A stretch of 64,000 bases of DNA from Nitrospirota bacterium (GTDB lineage: Bacteria > Nitrospirota > Thermodesulfovibrionia > UBA6902). Location: positions 35,337 to 99,336 of the forward strand of contig JACRLN010000024.1 of the NCBI GenBank assembly GCA_016215115.1, in the 5' to 3' direction. A program made the translations under genes and the position numbers. The notes beneath the pieces were generated by a model that searched no databases, was not told the origin of the DNA, and saw only the letters and a program-made list of their open reading frames with translations. Positions within the stretch are counted from its first letter, which is position 1. The number at the start of each line of letters is the position of its first letter. This document shows positions 8,504 to 17,982 of the stretch, in pieces.

Positions 8504-9202
8504 CTAAGGATTCGGCAAGACCCTTACAAATTCATTCCAGTACTCAAACAGTTCCTTTGTAGCGTACAAATCTCCGACACAATATTTTGCAATTGCAAGG
8601 TATTGCTGCTGCTTGAAGAGATCATTTACCTGATACCCTGTTACACCTTCTTCCTTTGGACTCTTGATTCCAAAGGCCCTGCACCACATGTGAAGGCTGA
8701 ATTTCCTTCTGACGGAACCGTAGAATGTCAGCTGATCAAGCAGGTCTACATGTGACAGGTTATAACGGTTGGGCATAAGTTCTTTCGAGGGCTTTATCCT
8801 GTGGACCGCAGAGCGCAGCATTATAAAAGGGGCGTCAAATCCCCTGCCGTTAAAGGTTATTATCTGATCATAATGCTTAACCGTTTCCCAAAATCTCTTG
8901 AGAATCCCTGCCTCTGTGTCAGCTATATACTCTATGCCATCTTCTTTCAGGGGTTCCTGAAGGACCTCGGGTGACTGGAAATATACAGCGCCGTTGCCGG
9001 TGTCAGGATTGAGCATGCCTATTGCAACTATCTCACCTGTCAGCGGGGAAAAGCCAAGCCCCTCTCTGGCTGCCTTTATATCTTCCTCCGACTCAGCAAA
9101 TTTCAGCAGATATTCCTTTGATATTTCATCGAGGGAATCAAAATCTTTACCGACTGTCTCGATATCAACGACGAGCTTCCTGGACATAGAAGGTTTTAAC
9201 AT
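8504..9202 (-). CDS. predicted 3'-5' exonuclease of the RNase H-like fold (PolB-exonuclease-like)
   Basis: DEDD-type Exo I motif VVDIETVG near the N-terminus and an FNGRGFDAPF Exo II-like motif. Confidence 0.55.
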   Translation of the reverse strand: MLKPSMSRKLVVDIETVGKDFDSLDEISKEYLLKFAESEEDIKAAREGLGFSPLTGEIVAIGMLNPDTGNGAVYFQSPEVLQEPLKEDGIEYIADTEAGILKRFWETVKHYDQIITFNGRGFDAPFIMLRSAVHRIKPSKELMPNRYNLSHVDLLDQLTFYGSVRRKFSLHMWCRAFGIKSPKEEGVTGYQVNDLFKQQQYLAIAKYCVGDLYATKELFEYWNEFVRVLPNP

Positions 9203-9342
9203 TTTTCATGGAAAAGATGCAATGGGTTTTGCAATCAAACCGCTTTGGGCAAACCCTTGCAAATAATTCGTATTATAGGCTATATTAAATTTTCAAATTT
9301 TTTATCTTTTTTTTTGCAGAAAAAATATCGGAGGATAATGAA

Positions 9343-9918
9343 ATGGCAAAAACAATTGAGATTCGCTGGCACGGCCGCGGTGGTCAGGGAACGGTTACTG
9401 CTGCAAAGGTTCTGGCTGACGCCTGTCTGAGCGGCGGGAGATATGTTCAGGCGTTCCCTGAATACGGACCTGAGAGGGCGGGCGCTCCGATCAGGGCCTT
9501 TAACAGGGTTAGTGAACATGTAATAAGAATGTATGGTCCTGTTCTCCATCCGAAGGTGGTAAGCATCGCGGATGCCACACTGATGGATGCGATAAATGTT
9601 ACTGAAGGGGCCCCGGACGATGCGATATTTATTGTAAACACATCAAAAGACCCTAAAGAGGTAAGAGAGAAGCTGGGCGCCAGGGATACCCAGAAAGTAT
9701 TCACAGTCAACGCTTCGAAAATTGCTGTAGAGTGTTTTGGAAAACCGCTCCCGAATTCCTCGATGCTGGGAGCGATCATTAAGGTGACCGGGATTGTTGA
9801 AATGGATGCGCTTCTGGAGAACGTCAAGAAGAGCTTTGGCAAGAAGTTTGCCCAGAAGATCATTGACGGAAACCTCGACGCCACAAAACGCGGATATGAG
9901 GAGGTAAAAGAAGGATGA
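9343..9918 (+). CDS. porG: 2-oxoacid (pyruvate):ferredoxin oxidoreductase, gamma subunit
   Basis: 191 aa. The gamma-subunit P-loop-like motif (IRWHGRGGQGTVTAAKVLA). First gene of a gamma-delta-alpha-beta cluster. Confidence 0.85.
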   Translation: MAKTIEIRWHGRGGQGTVTAAKVLADACLSGGRYVQAFPEYGPERAGAPIRAFNRVSEHVIRMYGPVLHPKVVSIADATLMDAINVTEGAPDDAIFIVNTSKDPKEVREKLGARDTQKVFTVNASKIAVECFGKPLPNSSMLGAIIKVTGIVEMDALLENVKKSFGKKFAQKIIDGNLDATKRGYEEVKEG

Positions 9919-10211
9919 GTAAGAAATTTTGGGAAACACTTCCACAGGGCTCTGTTGTACTGGAGGCCGGAAGTTCAGCTAAATTCAAGACAGGCACATG
10001 GAGGTCGGTGAGACCGAAGTGGATAGAAGAAAACTGTATACAATGTTTATTCTGCTGGATGTATTGCCCTGACATGTCGGTCAAGGTAAATGCGGAAGGT
10101 AAACGAGAAGATTTTAATTACGATTACTGCAAGGGCTGCGGGATCTGTGCCCTCGAATGCCCCGGTAAAAAGGGCAAGAAAGCAATAGTAATGGAAGAGG
10201 AGGGGAAATAA
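9915..10211 (+). CDS. porD: 2-oxoacid:ferredoxin oxidoreductase, delta subunit (2x[4Fe-4S] ferredoxin)
   Basis: Two Cys clusters, CIQCLFCWMYCPD and CKGCGICALECP. Confidence 0.85.
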   Translation: MSKKFWETLPQGSVVLEAGSSAKFKTGTWRSVRPKWIEENCIQCLFCWMYCPDMSVKVNAEGKREDFNYDYCKGCGICALECPGKKGKKAIVMEEEGK

Positions 10212-11390
10212 ATGGGTAAGATTGTTGCAGTTACAGGAAATGAAGCATGCGCACAGGCCCTGAAGCAGATCAACCCTGATGTATGCGCCGCATACCCTAT
10301 CACACCGGCAACTGACCTAATGCAGAGGTTTTCCGGCTTTGTCTCGGACGGCAAAGTGGACACAGAGCTGGTGCTTGTAGAGAGTGAGCATAGTGCGATG
10401 AGCGCCTGCATAGGCGCCGCGGCAGCAGGCGGACGGGTTGCCACAGCAACTTCATCACAGGGTCTGGCCCTGATGTGGGAGATGCTTTATATAGCAGCAG
10501 GGACAAGACTTCCTATAATCATGCCTTTGGTGAACAGGGCCCTTTCAGCTCCCCTGAATATTCATGGCGACCATTCCGATGGTATGGGCGCGAGGGACAC
10601 GGGCTGGATCCAACTCTATTCCGAGAATGCCCAGGAGGCATATGACAACACAATCCAGGCCTTCAGGATTGCGGAGCACCTGGACATCAGACTGCCTGCA
10701 ATGGTCTGCATGGATGGTTTCATAGTCAGTCACTCTATCGAGAGGGTCGAATATATTGATGATGCGGATGTAAAAAACTTTGTGGGAAAATTCCAGGCGG
10801 TACATCCGCTGCTTGATCTGGACAACCCCAAAAGCTACGGTCCTCTGATCCTGACCGACCTGTATCATGAGTACAAGAGGGCCCAGCATGAAGTCATGAC
10901 GAAGGTCCCGAAGGTTGTGCTGGAAGTAGCGTCTGATTTTGAAAAAATGACCGGCAGAAAGTACGGTCTCTTTGAAACATACAGACTTGAAGATGCAGAA
11001 ATAGCAGTCGTAGTCATGAGCTCGGCAGCAGGTACCACCAAAGACATAATCGACCAGTACAGAGACAAAGGCGTCAAAGCCGGCCTCCTGAAGCCCAGGA
11101 TGTTCAGGCCTTTCCCGTATCTGGAAATAGCCGACGCCCTTAAGCATCTGAAGGCGATAGCTGTTCTGGACAGGGCTGATTCCTTTGGCGGCTACGGACC
11201 ATTGTTCATGGAAATCTCAAGCGCGGTTATGTCCATGGATACAAAACCTGCCATGATAAACAAAATCTTCGGTCTTGGTGGAAGAGACTACCTCCCTGAC
11301 CAGGCAGAGCAGGTGCTTGATGAACTGGTAAAGGTAGCTAAAACCGGAAAAGTCCAAACCGTAAAAGAGTATATCGGAGTAAGAGAATAA
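10212..11390 (+). CDS. porA: 2-oxoacid:ferredoxin oxidoreductase, alpha subunit
   Basis: 392 aa. Pyruvate-flavodoxin/ferredoxin oxidoreductase domain I-like sequence, immediately downstream of the delta subunit. Confidence 0.85.
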   Translation: MGKIVAVTGNEACAQALKQINPDVCAAYPITPATDLMQRFSGFVSDGKVDTELVLVESEHSAMSACIGAAAAGGRVATATSSQGLALMWEMLYIAAGTRLPIIMPLVNRALSAPLNIHGDHSDGMGARDTGWIQLYSENAQEAYDNTIQAFRIAEHLDIRLPAMVCMDGFIVSHSIERVEYIDDADVKNFVGKFQAVHPLLDLDNPKSYGPLILTDLYHEYKRAQHEVMTKVPKVVLEVASDFEKMTGRKYGLFETYRLEDAEIAVVVMSSAAGTTKDIIDQYRDKGVKAGLLKPRMFRPFPYLEIADALKHLKAIAVLDRADSFGGYGPLFMEISSAVMSMDTKPAMINKIFGLGGRDYLPDQAEQVLDELVKVAKTGKVQTVKEYIGVRE

Positions 11391-11431
11391 AGCTGACAGC
11401 TGTTTGCTGATAGCTTATAGGAGAGATAAAA

Positions 11432-12388
11432 ATGACAACTAAACCGCTTAAACTTAGAGAACTTGCAAAAGGAGAAGACAGGTTCACACACGGTCACAGG
11501 ATGTGCTCAGGCTGTGGAGCTCCGATCATTGTCAAACAGGTGCTCATGGCAACCGACTATCCCATTATCGCATCAAATGCAACCGGATGCCTTGAGGTAT
11601 CCACATGCATTCAGCAATACACCGCGTGGAAGATCCCATGGATCCATAGCGCCTTCGAAAATGCGGCAGCAACAATATCCGGAGTTGAGGCCATGTACAA
11701 GTCTTTAGTGAAACAGGGGAAAATAGAGGACAAACAGGTAAAGTTTATCGCCTTTGGCGGAGACGGCGGAACATATGATATCGGCTTTCAGAGCCTTTCA
11801 GGCGCTATGGAACGCGGACATGACATGATGTATATATGTTATGACAACGGCGCATATATGAACACCGGCATACAGCGTTCAAGCGCCACTCCGTTTGGAG
11901 CCAACACAACAACCTGCCCAGCAGGGGATATTATACCCGGCAAACCGCAGCAAAGGAAGGACCTGACCAGGATCATGGCTGCACATGGCATTCCTTACGT
12001 GGCCCAGGCATCACCGGCACACTGGATGGACCTTATGAAAAAGGTGCAGAAGGCCTTTGAGATAAAAGGCCCCAAGTTCATGAATGTTATTTCACCATGC
12101 AACCGGGGCTGGCGCTCAAGGACGGACGATGCAATTATGCTGAGCAAGCTCGCTGTTGATACATGCTACTGGCCGTTGTATGAGGTTGAAAACGGTGTTT
12201 TGAAAATTACTGTTAAACCGAAAGAGAAAAAACCGATTGTAGACTTCCTGAAGCCTCAGGGCAGATTCAAACACCTCTTCGCCCCGGAAAACGCAGCGAT
12301 GCTTCTGCAGATCCAGGCGGACATTGACAGCGAATGGGAAAAACTCCAGAAGCTTGCAGCCTTCTACGGCACTGAAGAAAAGCAATAG
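11432..12388 (+). CDS. porB: 2-oxoacid:ferredoxin oxidoreductase, beta subunit (TPP-binding)
   Basis: TPP-binding motif GGDGGTYDIGFQSLSGAMERGHDMMYICYDNGAYMNTG and N-terminal Cys ligands (CSGCG). Confidence 0.85.
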   Translation: MTTKPLKLRELAKGEDRFTHGHRMCSGCGAPIIVKQVLMATDYPIIASNATGCLEVSTCIQQYTAWKIPWIHSAFENAAATISGVEAMYKSLVKQGKIEDKQVKFIAFGGDGGTYDIGFQSLSGAMERGHDMMYICYDNGAYMNTGIQRSSATPFGANTTTCPAGDIIPGKPQQRKDLTRIMAAHGIPYVAQASPAHWMDLMKKVQKAFEIKGPKFMNVISPCNRGWRSRTDDAIMLSKLAVDTCYWPLYEVENGVLKITVKPKEKKPIVDFLKPQGRFKHLFAPENAAMLLQIQADIDSEWEKLQKLAAFYGTEEKQ

Positions 12389-12418
12389 GAGCAAAAATAG
12401 AGTAGAATAAGTACATAA

Positions 12419-12493
12419 GCGCGGAAGAGCAGAAGCGCGGAAGTAAAGAAAATAAAAAGACTTTCGGGCTTTCGGGCTTACGAACTTCCGAGC
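12419..12493. repeat. Family D element: imperfect inverted repeat made of degenerate 7-8-mers (GGAAGAG CAGAAGC GCGGAAG ... ACTTTCG GGCTTTCG ... GAACTTCC)
   Basis: Seen directly between porB and tRNA-Asn. Similar elements at 26421-26510, 37461-37540 and 63481-63550. Confidence 0.7.
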
Positions 12494-12502
12494 TAAAAAT
12501 GT

Positions 12503-12578
12503 TCCCGGGTAGCTCAGCCGGCAGAGCAGGTGGCTGTTAACCACCCTGTCGGGGGTTCGAATCCCTCCCCGGGAGCCA
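12503..12578 (+). tRNA. tRNA-Asn (anticodon GTT)
   Basis: Manual cloverleaf: acceptor TCCCGGG/CCCGGGA, D-arm GCTC..GAGC, anticodon stem GGTGG/CCACC with loop CTGTTAA, T-arm GGGGG TTCGAAT CCCTC, encoded CCA. Confidence 0.85.
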
Positions 12579-12834
12579 TTTTTAGGTTATTGTACCCCTT
12601 ATTTAGAACCTACCCTGTTTTAATGCTTTTTGTATTATATTTTATACTCCTTGCAGTTAATTTCTATACAACTTTAGAAAACAAAAAACCAGTATCCATT
12701 CCAACACTTTAAAGATTTCAAAGAAAAATACCGAATATAATTTAGTCAAAGTTATATATAGTGTAATGAGTGGAGAGAATACTAAAAGGCGTACTCTCAA
12801 TGAGGATATTATTCTAATAATATAAAGAGCTGCC

Positions 12835-14652
12835 ATGAAATTATCATTGAAAAAAAGTTTTACTCTTTTAATTTTTCCGATTGTAGCGCTCATTGCTATA
12901 TTGTGCATCGCAGTATTTCCCTCTATCAGAAACATATGGTCTGACTGGGGCGTTATTGTTTTCTTTCTTATAGTCAGTGCAATTTGTATAGGAAGCCTGA
13001 TTTTTTTTTACAGAAAAACAATACGTCCCGTTCTTAAACTCAAAACTGCAACATCAAAGATAGGTGATGGAGATCTTGATGCCGGTTTAAATATTTCTTC
13101 AGAAAATGAGCATGGAGAATTGGCACAATCTTTTAACAGGATGACAAAAACTCTTAAAATTTCCAGAGATGAGCTGGAAAGCGTGGTCCGGAAACGTACT
13201 CTTGAACTTACCATTACCAATGAAAAGTTACTGCAGGAAATTAGCGAGCGTAAGCGTGCGGAAGAGCAATTACAATATGATGCATTTCATGATTCTCTAA
13301 CAGGCTTGCCCAACAGGGCCTTATTCATGGACCGCCTGGCACATCTTCTGATTCTTTCAAAACGACGTTTAAATCATCCTTTCGCAGTTTTGTTTTTGGA
13401 CGTCGACCGTTTCAAGATTATCAATGACAGCCTCGGTCATACAGTTGGGGACCAATTACTGATTGCGATTGGTCAACGGCTGCTGTCAAGCCTCAAGCCC
13501 GGAGATACGGTTGCACGTTTTGGAGGAGATGAATTTGCAATTCTCCTGGAAGACATAAGTGATCTCAACAACATTTTAAATGTTGCTGAACGCATACAAA
13601 TGGAGATTTGCAAGCCCTTTAATATGAATAACTTTGAAATATTCACTACAGCAAGTATCGGTTTGGCAATGAACTCAACAGATTATGAGAATCCTGAACA
13701 GATATTGCGCGATGCTGATATTGCAATGTACCAGGCAAAAGCCAAGGGAAAATCCTGCGCGGTAGTTTTTGAAAAAGGTATGCACACCATGGCTGTCGAA
13801 CTTCTGAAATTGGAGACTGACTTGAGAAAGGCAGTTGAAAGGAATGAATTCGTGGTTTATTATCAGCCTGTCGTATCATCTATCGCCAACTGTGTCATTG
13901 GTTATGAAGCGCTCGTACGCTGGAAACATCCGGAACGCGGACTTCTTTATCCAGGGGATTTCATCCATATAGCAGAAGAAACCGGCCTCATTGTATTTAT
14001 TGACAGATTTGTCCTCAGGGAAGCCTGCTCGCAGATGAGCAAGTGGCAACGGCAATTTCCTCAAAGTGCACTCAAGTTCATCAGCGTAAACATTTCGAAT
14101 AAGCAGTTCCTTCAGCCTGACCTGGTTGAATATGTTACAGGGGTTATTAATGAAACCAACATTGATAAGAAAAGTTTAAAGATCGAGATAACAGAAAATG
14201 TCATCATAGAAAACCCTGAAGCTCTGATAGAAATATTTTCCCAGTTGCGAAATATCGGCATTCAGCTTTATATTGATGATTTTGGCACAGGATATTCATC
14301 GTTAAGTTATCTTCACCGCTTGCCTATTGACGGTATAAAAATTGATCGCTCTTTCATACAACGAATTGGTAATAAGGGAGAAAATCATGAAATAATTAAA
14401 ACGATCATGCTGCTGGCGCAGGATATGAATGTGGATGTTATTGCTGAAGGCATAGAAACAGAAAATCAGCTTGCAAGCATTAAAACGTTGAAATGTGACT
14501 ATTGGCAGGGATTTCTCTTTTTTAAACCTGTGGACAGCGAGCATGCAGAGGCTTTAATCAAAACAGCTCCGAATACAAATAAACCTGCAGATTACAATCT
14601 ACATTCCCAACAGAAAAAAAGTATAATTTCAGACATTGCGAGTGATGTTTGA
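12835..14652 (+). CDS. membrane HAMP-GGDEF-EAL c-di-GMP turnover protein
   Basis: TM helices, HAMP, GGDEF (RFGGDEFAIL) and EAL (YEALVRW ... conserved downstream motifs). Confidence 0.8.
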   Translation: MKLSLKKSFTLLIFPIVALIAILCIAVFPSIRNIWSDWGVIVFFLIVSAICIGSLIFFYRKTIRPVLKLKTATSKIGDGDLDAGLNISSENEHGELAQSFNRMTKTLKISRDELESVVRKRTLELTITNEKLLQEISERKRAEEQLQYDAFHDSLTGLPNRALFMDRLAHLLILSKRRLNHPFAVLFLDVDRFKIINDSLGHTVGDQLLIAIGQRLLSSLKPGDTVARFGGDEFAILLEDISDLNNILNVAERIQMEICKPFNMNNFEIFTTASIGLAMNSTDYENPEQILRDADIAMYQAKAKGKSCAVVFEKGMHTMAVELLKLETDLRKAVERNEFVVYYQPVVSSIANCVIGYEALVRWKHPERGLLYPGDFIHIAEETGLIVFIDRFVLREACSQMSKWQRQFPQSALKFISVNISNKQFLQPDLVEYVTGVINETNIDKKSLKIEITENVIIENPEALIEIFSQLRNIGIQLYIDDFGTGYSSLSYLHRLPIDGIKIDRSFIQRIGNKGENHEIIKTIMLLAQDMNVDVIAEGIETENQLASIKTLKCDYWQGFLFFKPVDSEHAEALIKTAPNTNKPADYNLHSQQKKSIISDIASDV

Positions 14653-14826
14653 GCTTGTTTGAGCTTTGACTTTTTAAAAACTTTCCTTTAAACTTCAATT
14701 GACAAAAATGCGATTTGACGCAGACAAACGCTAAAAACACAAGGATCAAATTTTTATGGATTCTCTGATTTAATCCTTGTGATGACTTATTAAGGTTCTC
14801 ATAATAGTCTGAACATTATTATAAGC

Positions 14827-14905
14827 GTCATTCCCGCATGTCGTTAGCGGGAATCCAGTAATTTCTATCCTCTGGATGCCCGATTAAAGTCCTCGGGCAT
14901 GACAG
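14827..14905. repeat. Family B double-hairpin repeat (GTCATTCCCGC...GCGGGAATCCAG ... GGGCATGACAG)
   Basis: Seen directly. Related copies at 22852-22932, 25689-25806, 29317-29400, 56866-56957, 57420-57512 and 58372-58445. Confidence 0.75.
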
Positions 14906-14977
14906 ACAAAGGCCGACAGTTTGTAAATACTGTTTTGCACAGATTATTGTATATATGCATTCATCAGATATTAAACT

Positions 14978-15628
14978 ATGAACGGAGATACGGTACTAAC
15001 ACTCATATTTAAAGCAGGGCTGATTGTTAAGTTTGTCCTTTTACTATTATTGTTTTTTTCTGTATTCTCATGGGCCATAATATTTTACAAATTAAGATTA
15101 CTGTCAAAAATCGAAAAAGAATCTAAAGAATTTTATCAGGCTTTTCTAAAAGACAAGCAGTGGGATGCATTATATAAATCCACAAAAAAACTCACGATCA
15201 GTCCTCTGGCAAACCTGTTCAGGGCTGCATATTCCATCGAAGATGCGGGCATAGATGAGATAAAGAGCACATTAAAAAAGATTGAGTCCATGGAAGCGGC
15301 CCGGATCGAAAAATATCTTACATTCCTTGCAACAACCGGTTCAACCACCCCGTTCATCGGTCTTTTCGGCACAGTCTGGGGGATCATGAATTCATTTATG
15401 GGTATCGGCAGGATAGGCGCTGCCTCCCTTGCTGTGGTCGCCCCGGGTATTGCGGAGGCCCTTATAGCCACCGCTGCCGGTCTTGCTGCTGCAATCCCTG
15501 CTGTCATTGCATATAACTACTTTCTAAGCAGGACCCGCAGTATTATAATCATGACGGAAGATTTTTCACAGGAATTAATAGATCAACTCTTGAGGAAGCA
15601 TGGTGAAACGCAGACAGGCTCTTTCTGA
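14978..15628 (+). CDS. tolQ: Tol-Pal system protein TolQ (MotA/TolQ/ExbB proton channel)
   Basis: 216 aa, three TM helices, conserved MotA/TolQ/ExbB C-terminal region (TTGSTTPFIGLFGTVWGIMNSF). Confidence 0.85.
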   Translation: MNGDTVLTLIFKAGLIVKFVLLLLLFFSVFSWAIIFYKLRLLSKIEKESKEFYQAFLKDKQWDALYKSTKKLTISPLANLFRAAYSIEDAGIDEIKSTLKKIESMEAARIEKYLTFLATTGSTTPFIGLFGTVWGIMNSFMGIGRIGAASLAVVAPGIAEALIATAAGLAAAIPAVIAYNYFLSRTRSIIIMTEDFSQELIDQLLRKHGETQTGSF

Positions 15629-15989
15629 AATTAATGTTACCCCTTTTGTAGACGTTATGCTCGTCCTTCTTATTATCTTCATGGTAACAGCTCCACTGCT
15701 TCAGCAGGGAATTGACGTAACTCTTCCCCAGGCAAGAGGGAAAGAAATGCCTCCTGCAGAAAGGGTCATCATAACCGTAAAAAAAGACGGCAATATATAC
15801 CTGGATAAAACAACTGTGACTTTAGAGACCCTCAAATCAGCCTTAAGAAAAACTTCTGACAAGGAAGTTTTTCTTAAGGCTGACAAAGATGTTCCTTATG
15901 GTATTGTAGTGACAATCATGGGTGAATTGAGGGAAATCGGCATAGAAAAATTGGGGATGGTGACGGAGCCGAAGGCTCGTATTCAATGA
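15600..15989 (+). CDS. tolR: Tol-Pal system protein TolR (ExbD/TolR family)
   Basis: 129 aa with a single N-terminal TM helix (INVTPFVDVMLVLLIIFM). Overlaps the tolQ 3' end. Confidence 0.8.
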   Translation: MVKRRQALSEINVTPFVDVMLVLLIIFMVTAPLLQQGIDVTLPQARGKEMPPAERVIITVKKDGNIYLDKTTVTLETLKSALRKTSDKEVFLKADKDVPYGIVVTIMGELREIGIEKLGMVTEPKARIQ

Positions 15990-16675
15990 GGAACACCCTG
16001 AATATTGGTAAAGAACCAAATTTCCAGATAATAGTCATAACATCTGCAATCCTGCATCTGCTTCTGATTACCCTTATAGTCGTTCCGCTAAAAACAAGGA
16101 AAGATGAGTATAAAAGCTATTTTGTGAATCTTGTAGGTCCCATTGAATCTGTCAGAGAAACAAAAGGCAATGAAAATAATCACCTATCCCCTTTAGTAAA
16201 AGAGAATGAACTAAGCAAACCTCTGCCAAAAGCGGATATGTCTTTGGAGCCTTCCGACAAAGTATCAAAAGAAATAAGTAGGATGAGCGCCATAAGTGTA
16301 TTATCAAAACTGAAAAAGAAAAAAGAAGCGGGGACGGCTCATGAGATAGAAATTATAAGGCAAAAAATACAGGCAAGCGTTGCAAAGGGTCCCGGTATTC
16401 CAGGTGCTGTACAATCAATGAAATCCGATTCATATTATTCATTGATTACTCGCAAGATTTGGAGTGAATGGATTTATCCTGAAACCGGTTCTGCAGGACT
16501 TGAAGTGATTATAGCTGTAAAGTTAGACCGGGAGGGAAAGGTTATTTCACACGAAATTGAAAAATCTTCCGGCAACAGCCTCTTTGACCGCTCTGCCTTA
16601 AAAGCAATATCGAAAGCCAGCCCACTGCCGCCGCCTCCCGTTGAAATTGAAATAGGCGTGAGGTTTTATCTGTGA
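15986..16675 (+). CDS. tolA: TolA/TonB-family protein (C-terminal TonB-like domain)
   Basis: N-terminal TM anchor, charged linker, and a C-terminal TonB_C-like domain ending in PPPVEIEIGVRF. Position between tolR and tolB. Confidence 0.6.
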   Translation: MRNTLNIGKEPNFQIIVITSAILHLLLITLIVVPLKTRKDEYKSYFVNLVGPIESVRETKGNENNHLSPLVKENELSKPLPKADMSLEPSDKVSKEISRMSAISVLSKLKKKKEAGTAHEIEIIRQKIQASVAKGPGIPGAVQSMKSDSYYSLITRKIWSEWIYPETGSAGLEVIIAVKLDREGKVISHEIEKSSGNSLFDRSALKAISKASPLPPPPVEIEIGVRFYL

Positions 16676-17949
16676 AAAGTCAGCAGTCAGAAACAAGGAG
16701 TAAGGGGTCAGGAATAAGGGGTTTAATTTCAAATTTTAAATTTCAAATTTTTATTTTTTTACTTATTACTTGTCACTTGTCGCTTGTCACTGTTTCTGAC
16801 GCCAAAGTCTACATCGACATCACATCACCTGCTATTCAGAAGCTCCCAATATCAATAACAGCTAAAGGCGCTCCTGAGGCAAAAGAGATTGAGTCGATCA
16901 TAATAAATGACCTTGATTTCACAGGACTATTTTCTTTTGTCGCTCCGGAGGTCCCCGGGGCTGAGATCATTGTGCGATCTGATGTTGATGTTTCATTAAA
17001 TGAAATAACTGTTCTCTGGTCTATCATTGATTTAGTTGAAAACAAAGAAGCGCTCAAGAAACGAAATACCGCATCCAGAAAAAGTATCCGTGCAATAGCC
17101 CATAACATATCAAACGATATTTATAAATTTATAACTGAAAAGGAAGGGGTTTTCAGGACAAAAATTTCCTATCTTGTATCCGTATCACCGGGGAATAAAG
17201 AACTGTATTTAATGGACTGGGATGGATATAGCCCGATAAAGGTAATACCGGTCGGTTTAACCTCAAGTCATGCATGGTCGAATGACAGCCGTTTTCTCAT
17301 ATATTCATCAGAGAGAAACAGGGCCTGGAAGATATATTTCTTCGATATTAATGATTTCAGAGAAATTGTGCTGTTTTCCTCAAACGGACTAAACCTTGTC
17401 GGGAACTCCTCACCGCGGGATGAGATAGCGTTCTCATCATCCAAAGACGGCAATTCAGAAATATATACTATAAATAAAGACGGAAGCAATCTTCGAAAAC
17501 TTACGCATTCATTCGGAATTGATGTTTCCCCGGTGTTTTCTCCTGATGGATCCTCCATAGCCTTAGTATCAGACAGAGGAGGTTCTCCGCAGATATATAT
17601 AATGGATTCAAATGGAAGCGGGATAAGAAGAATAACGTTTGAAGGTTCATATAACACATCTCCCACATGGTCTCCTGACGGAAAATGGATAGCTTATACC
17701 GGAATGAAGGATGGCAAAAATCAGATTTTCATGGTAAAATCTGACGGAACAGGACTAAGACAACTTACTTTCAACGGTAATAACGAAAGTCCATCATTGT
17801 CTCCCGATGGTCTGTTTTTAGCATTTGATTCTGACAGAGATGGCAAGCGCGGTATTTACATTATGCGACTCAATGGAGATGAACAGAGAAGGATTACACC
17901 AAAGGATACAAAAGCCATGGCGCCAAAATGGTCGCCGTATTTTAATTAA
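16672..17949 (+). CDS. tolB: Tol-Pal system beta-propeller protein TolB
   Basis: TolB N-terminal domain plus a WD40-like propeller with repeated SPDG motifs. The N-terminal extension and signal-peptide region are encoded by a 7-mer tandem repeat (ACTTGTC x3). Confidence 0.8.
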   Translation: MKSQQSETRSKGSGIRGLISNFKFQIFIFLLITCHLSLVTVSDAKVYIDITSPAIQKLPISITAKGAPEAKEIESIIINDLDFTGLFSFVAPEVPGAEIIVRSDVDVSLNEITVLWSIIDLVENKEALKKRNTASRKSIRAIAHNISNDIYKFITEKEGVFRTKISYLVSVSPGNKELYLMDWDGYSPIKVIPVGLTSSHAWSNDSRFLIYSSERNRAWKIYFFDINDFREIVLFSSNGLNLVGNSSPRDEIAFSSSKDGNSEIYTINKDGSNLRKLTHSFGIDVSPVFSPDGSSIALVSDRGGSPQIYIMDSNGSGIRRITFEGSYNTSPTWSPDGKWIAYTGMKDGKNQIFMVKSDGTGLRQLTFNGNNESPSLSPDGLFLAFDSDRDGKRGIYIMRLNGDEQRRITPKDTKAMAPKWSPYFN

Positions 17950-17982
17950 AAAAACACATTTTTCTAAAAGGAGGATTTTGCC

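Noticed and set aside
10545-11147. 200-aa antisense ORF inside porA, plus other long antisense or shadow ORFs (4162-4710, 9447-9884, 12116-12544, 15136-15507, 27964-28362, 30718-31056, 46306-46725, 47003-47636, 48241-48884, 49152-49529)
   Set aside because: They are embedded opposite well-supported conserved genes (por, rbfA, tolQ, GOGAT, dsr). The amino-acid composition is low-complexity and there is no motif, so they are typical shadow ORFs.
12657-12935. 92-aa ORF on the minus strand between tRNA-Asn and the GGDEF-EAL gene
   Set aside because: It lies in an AT-rich promoter region, has a hydrophobic low-complexity translation and no ribosome-binding site. It is more likely non-coding 5' UTR or promoter for the 12835 gene.
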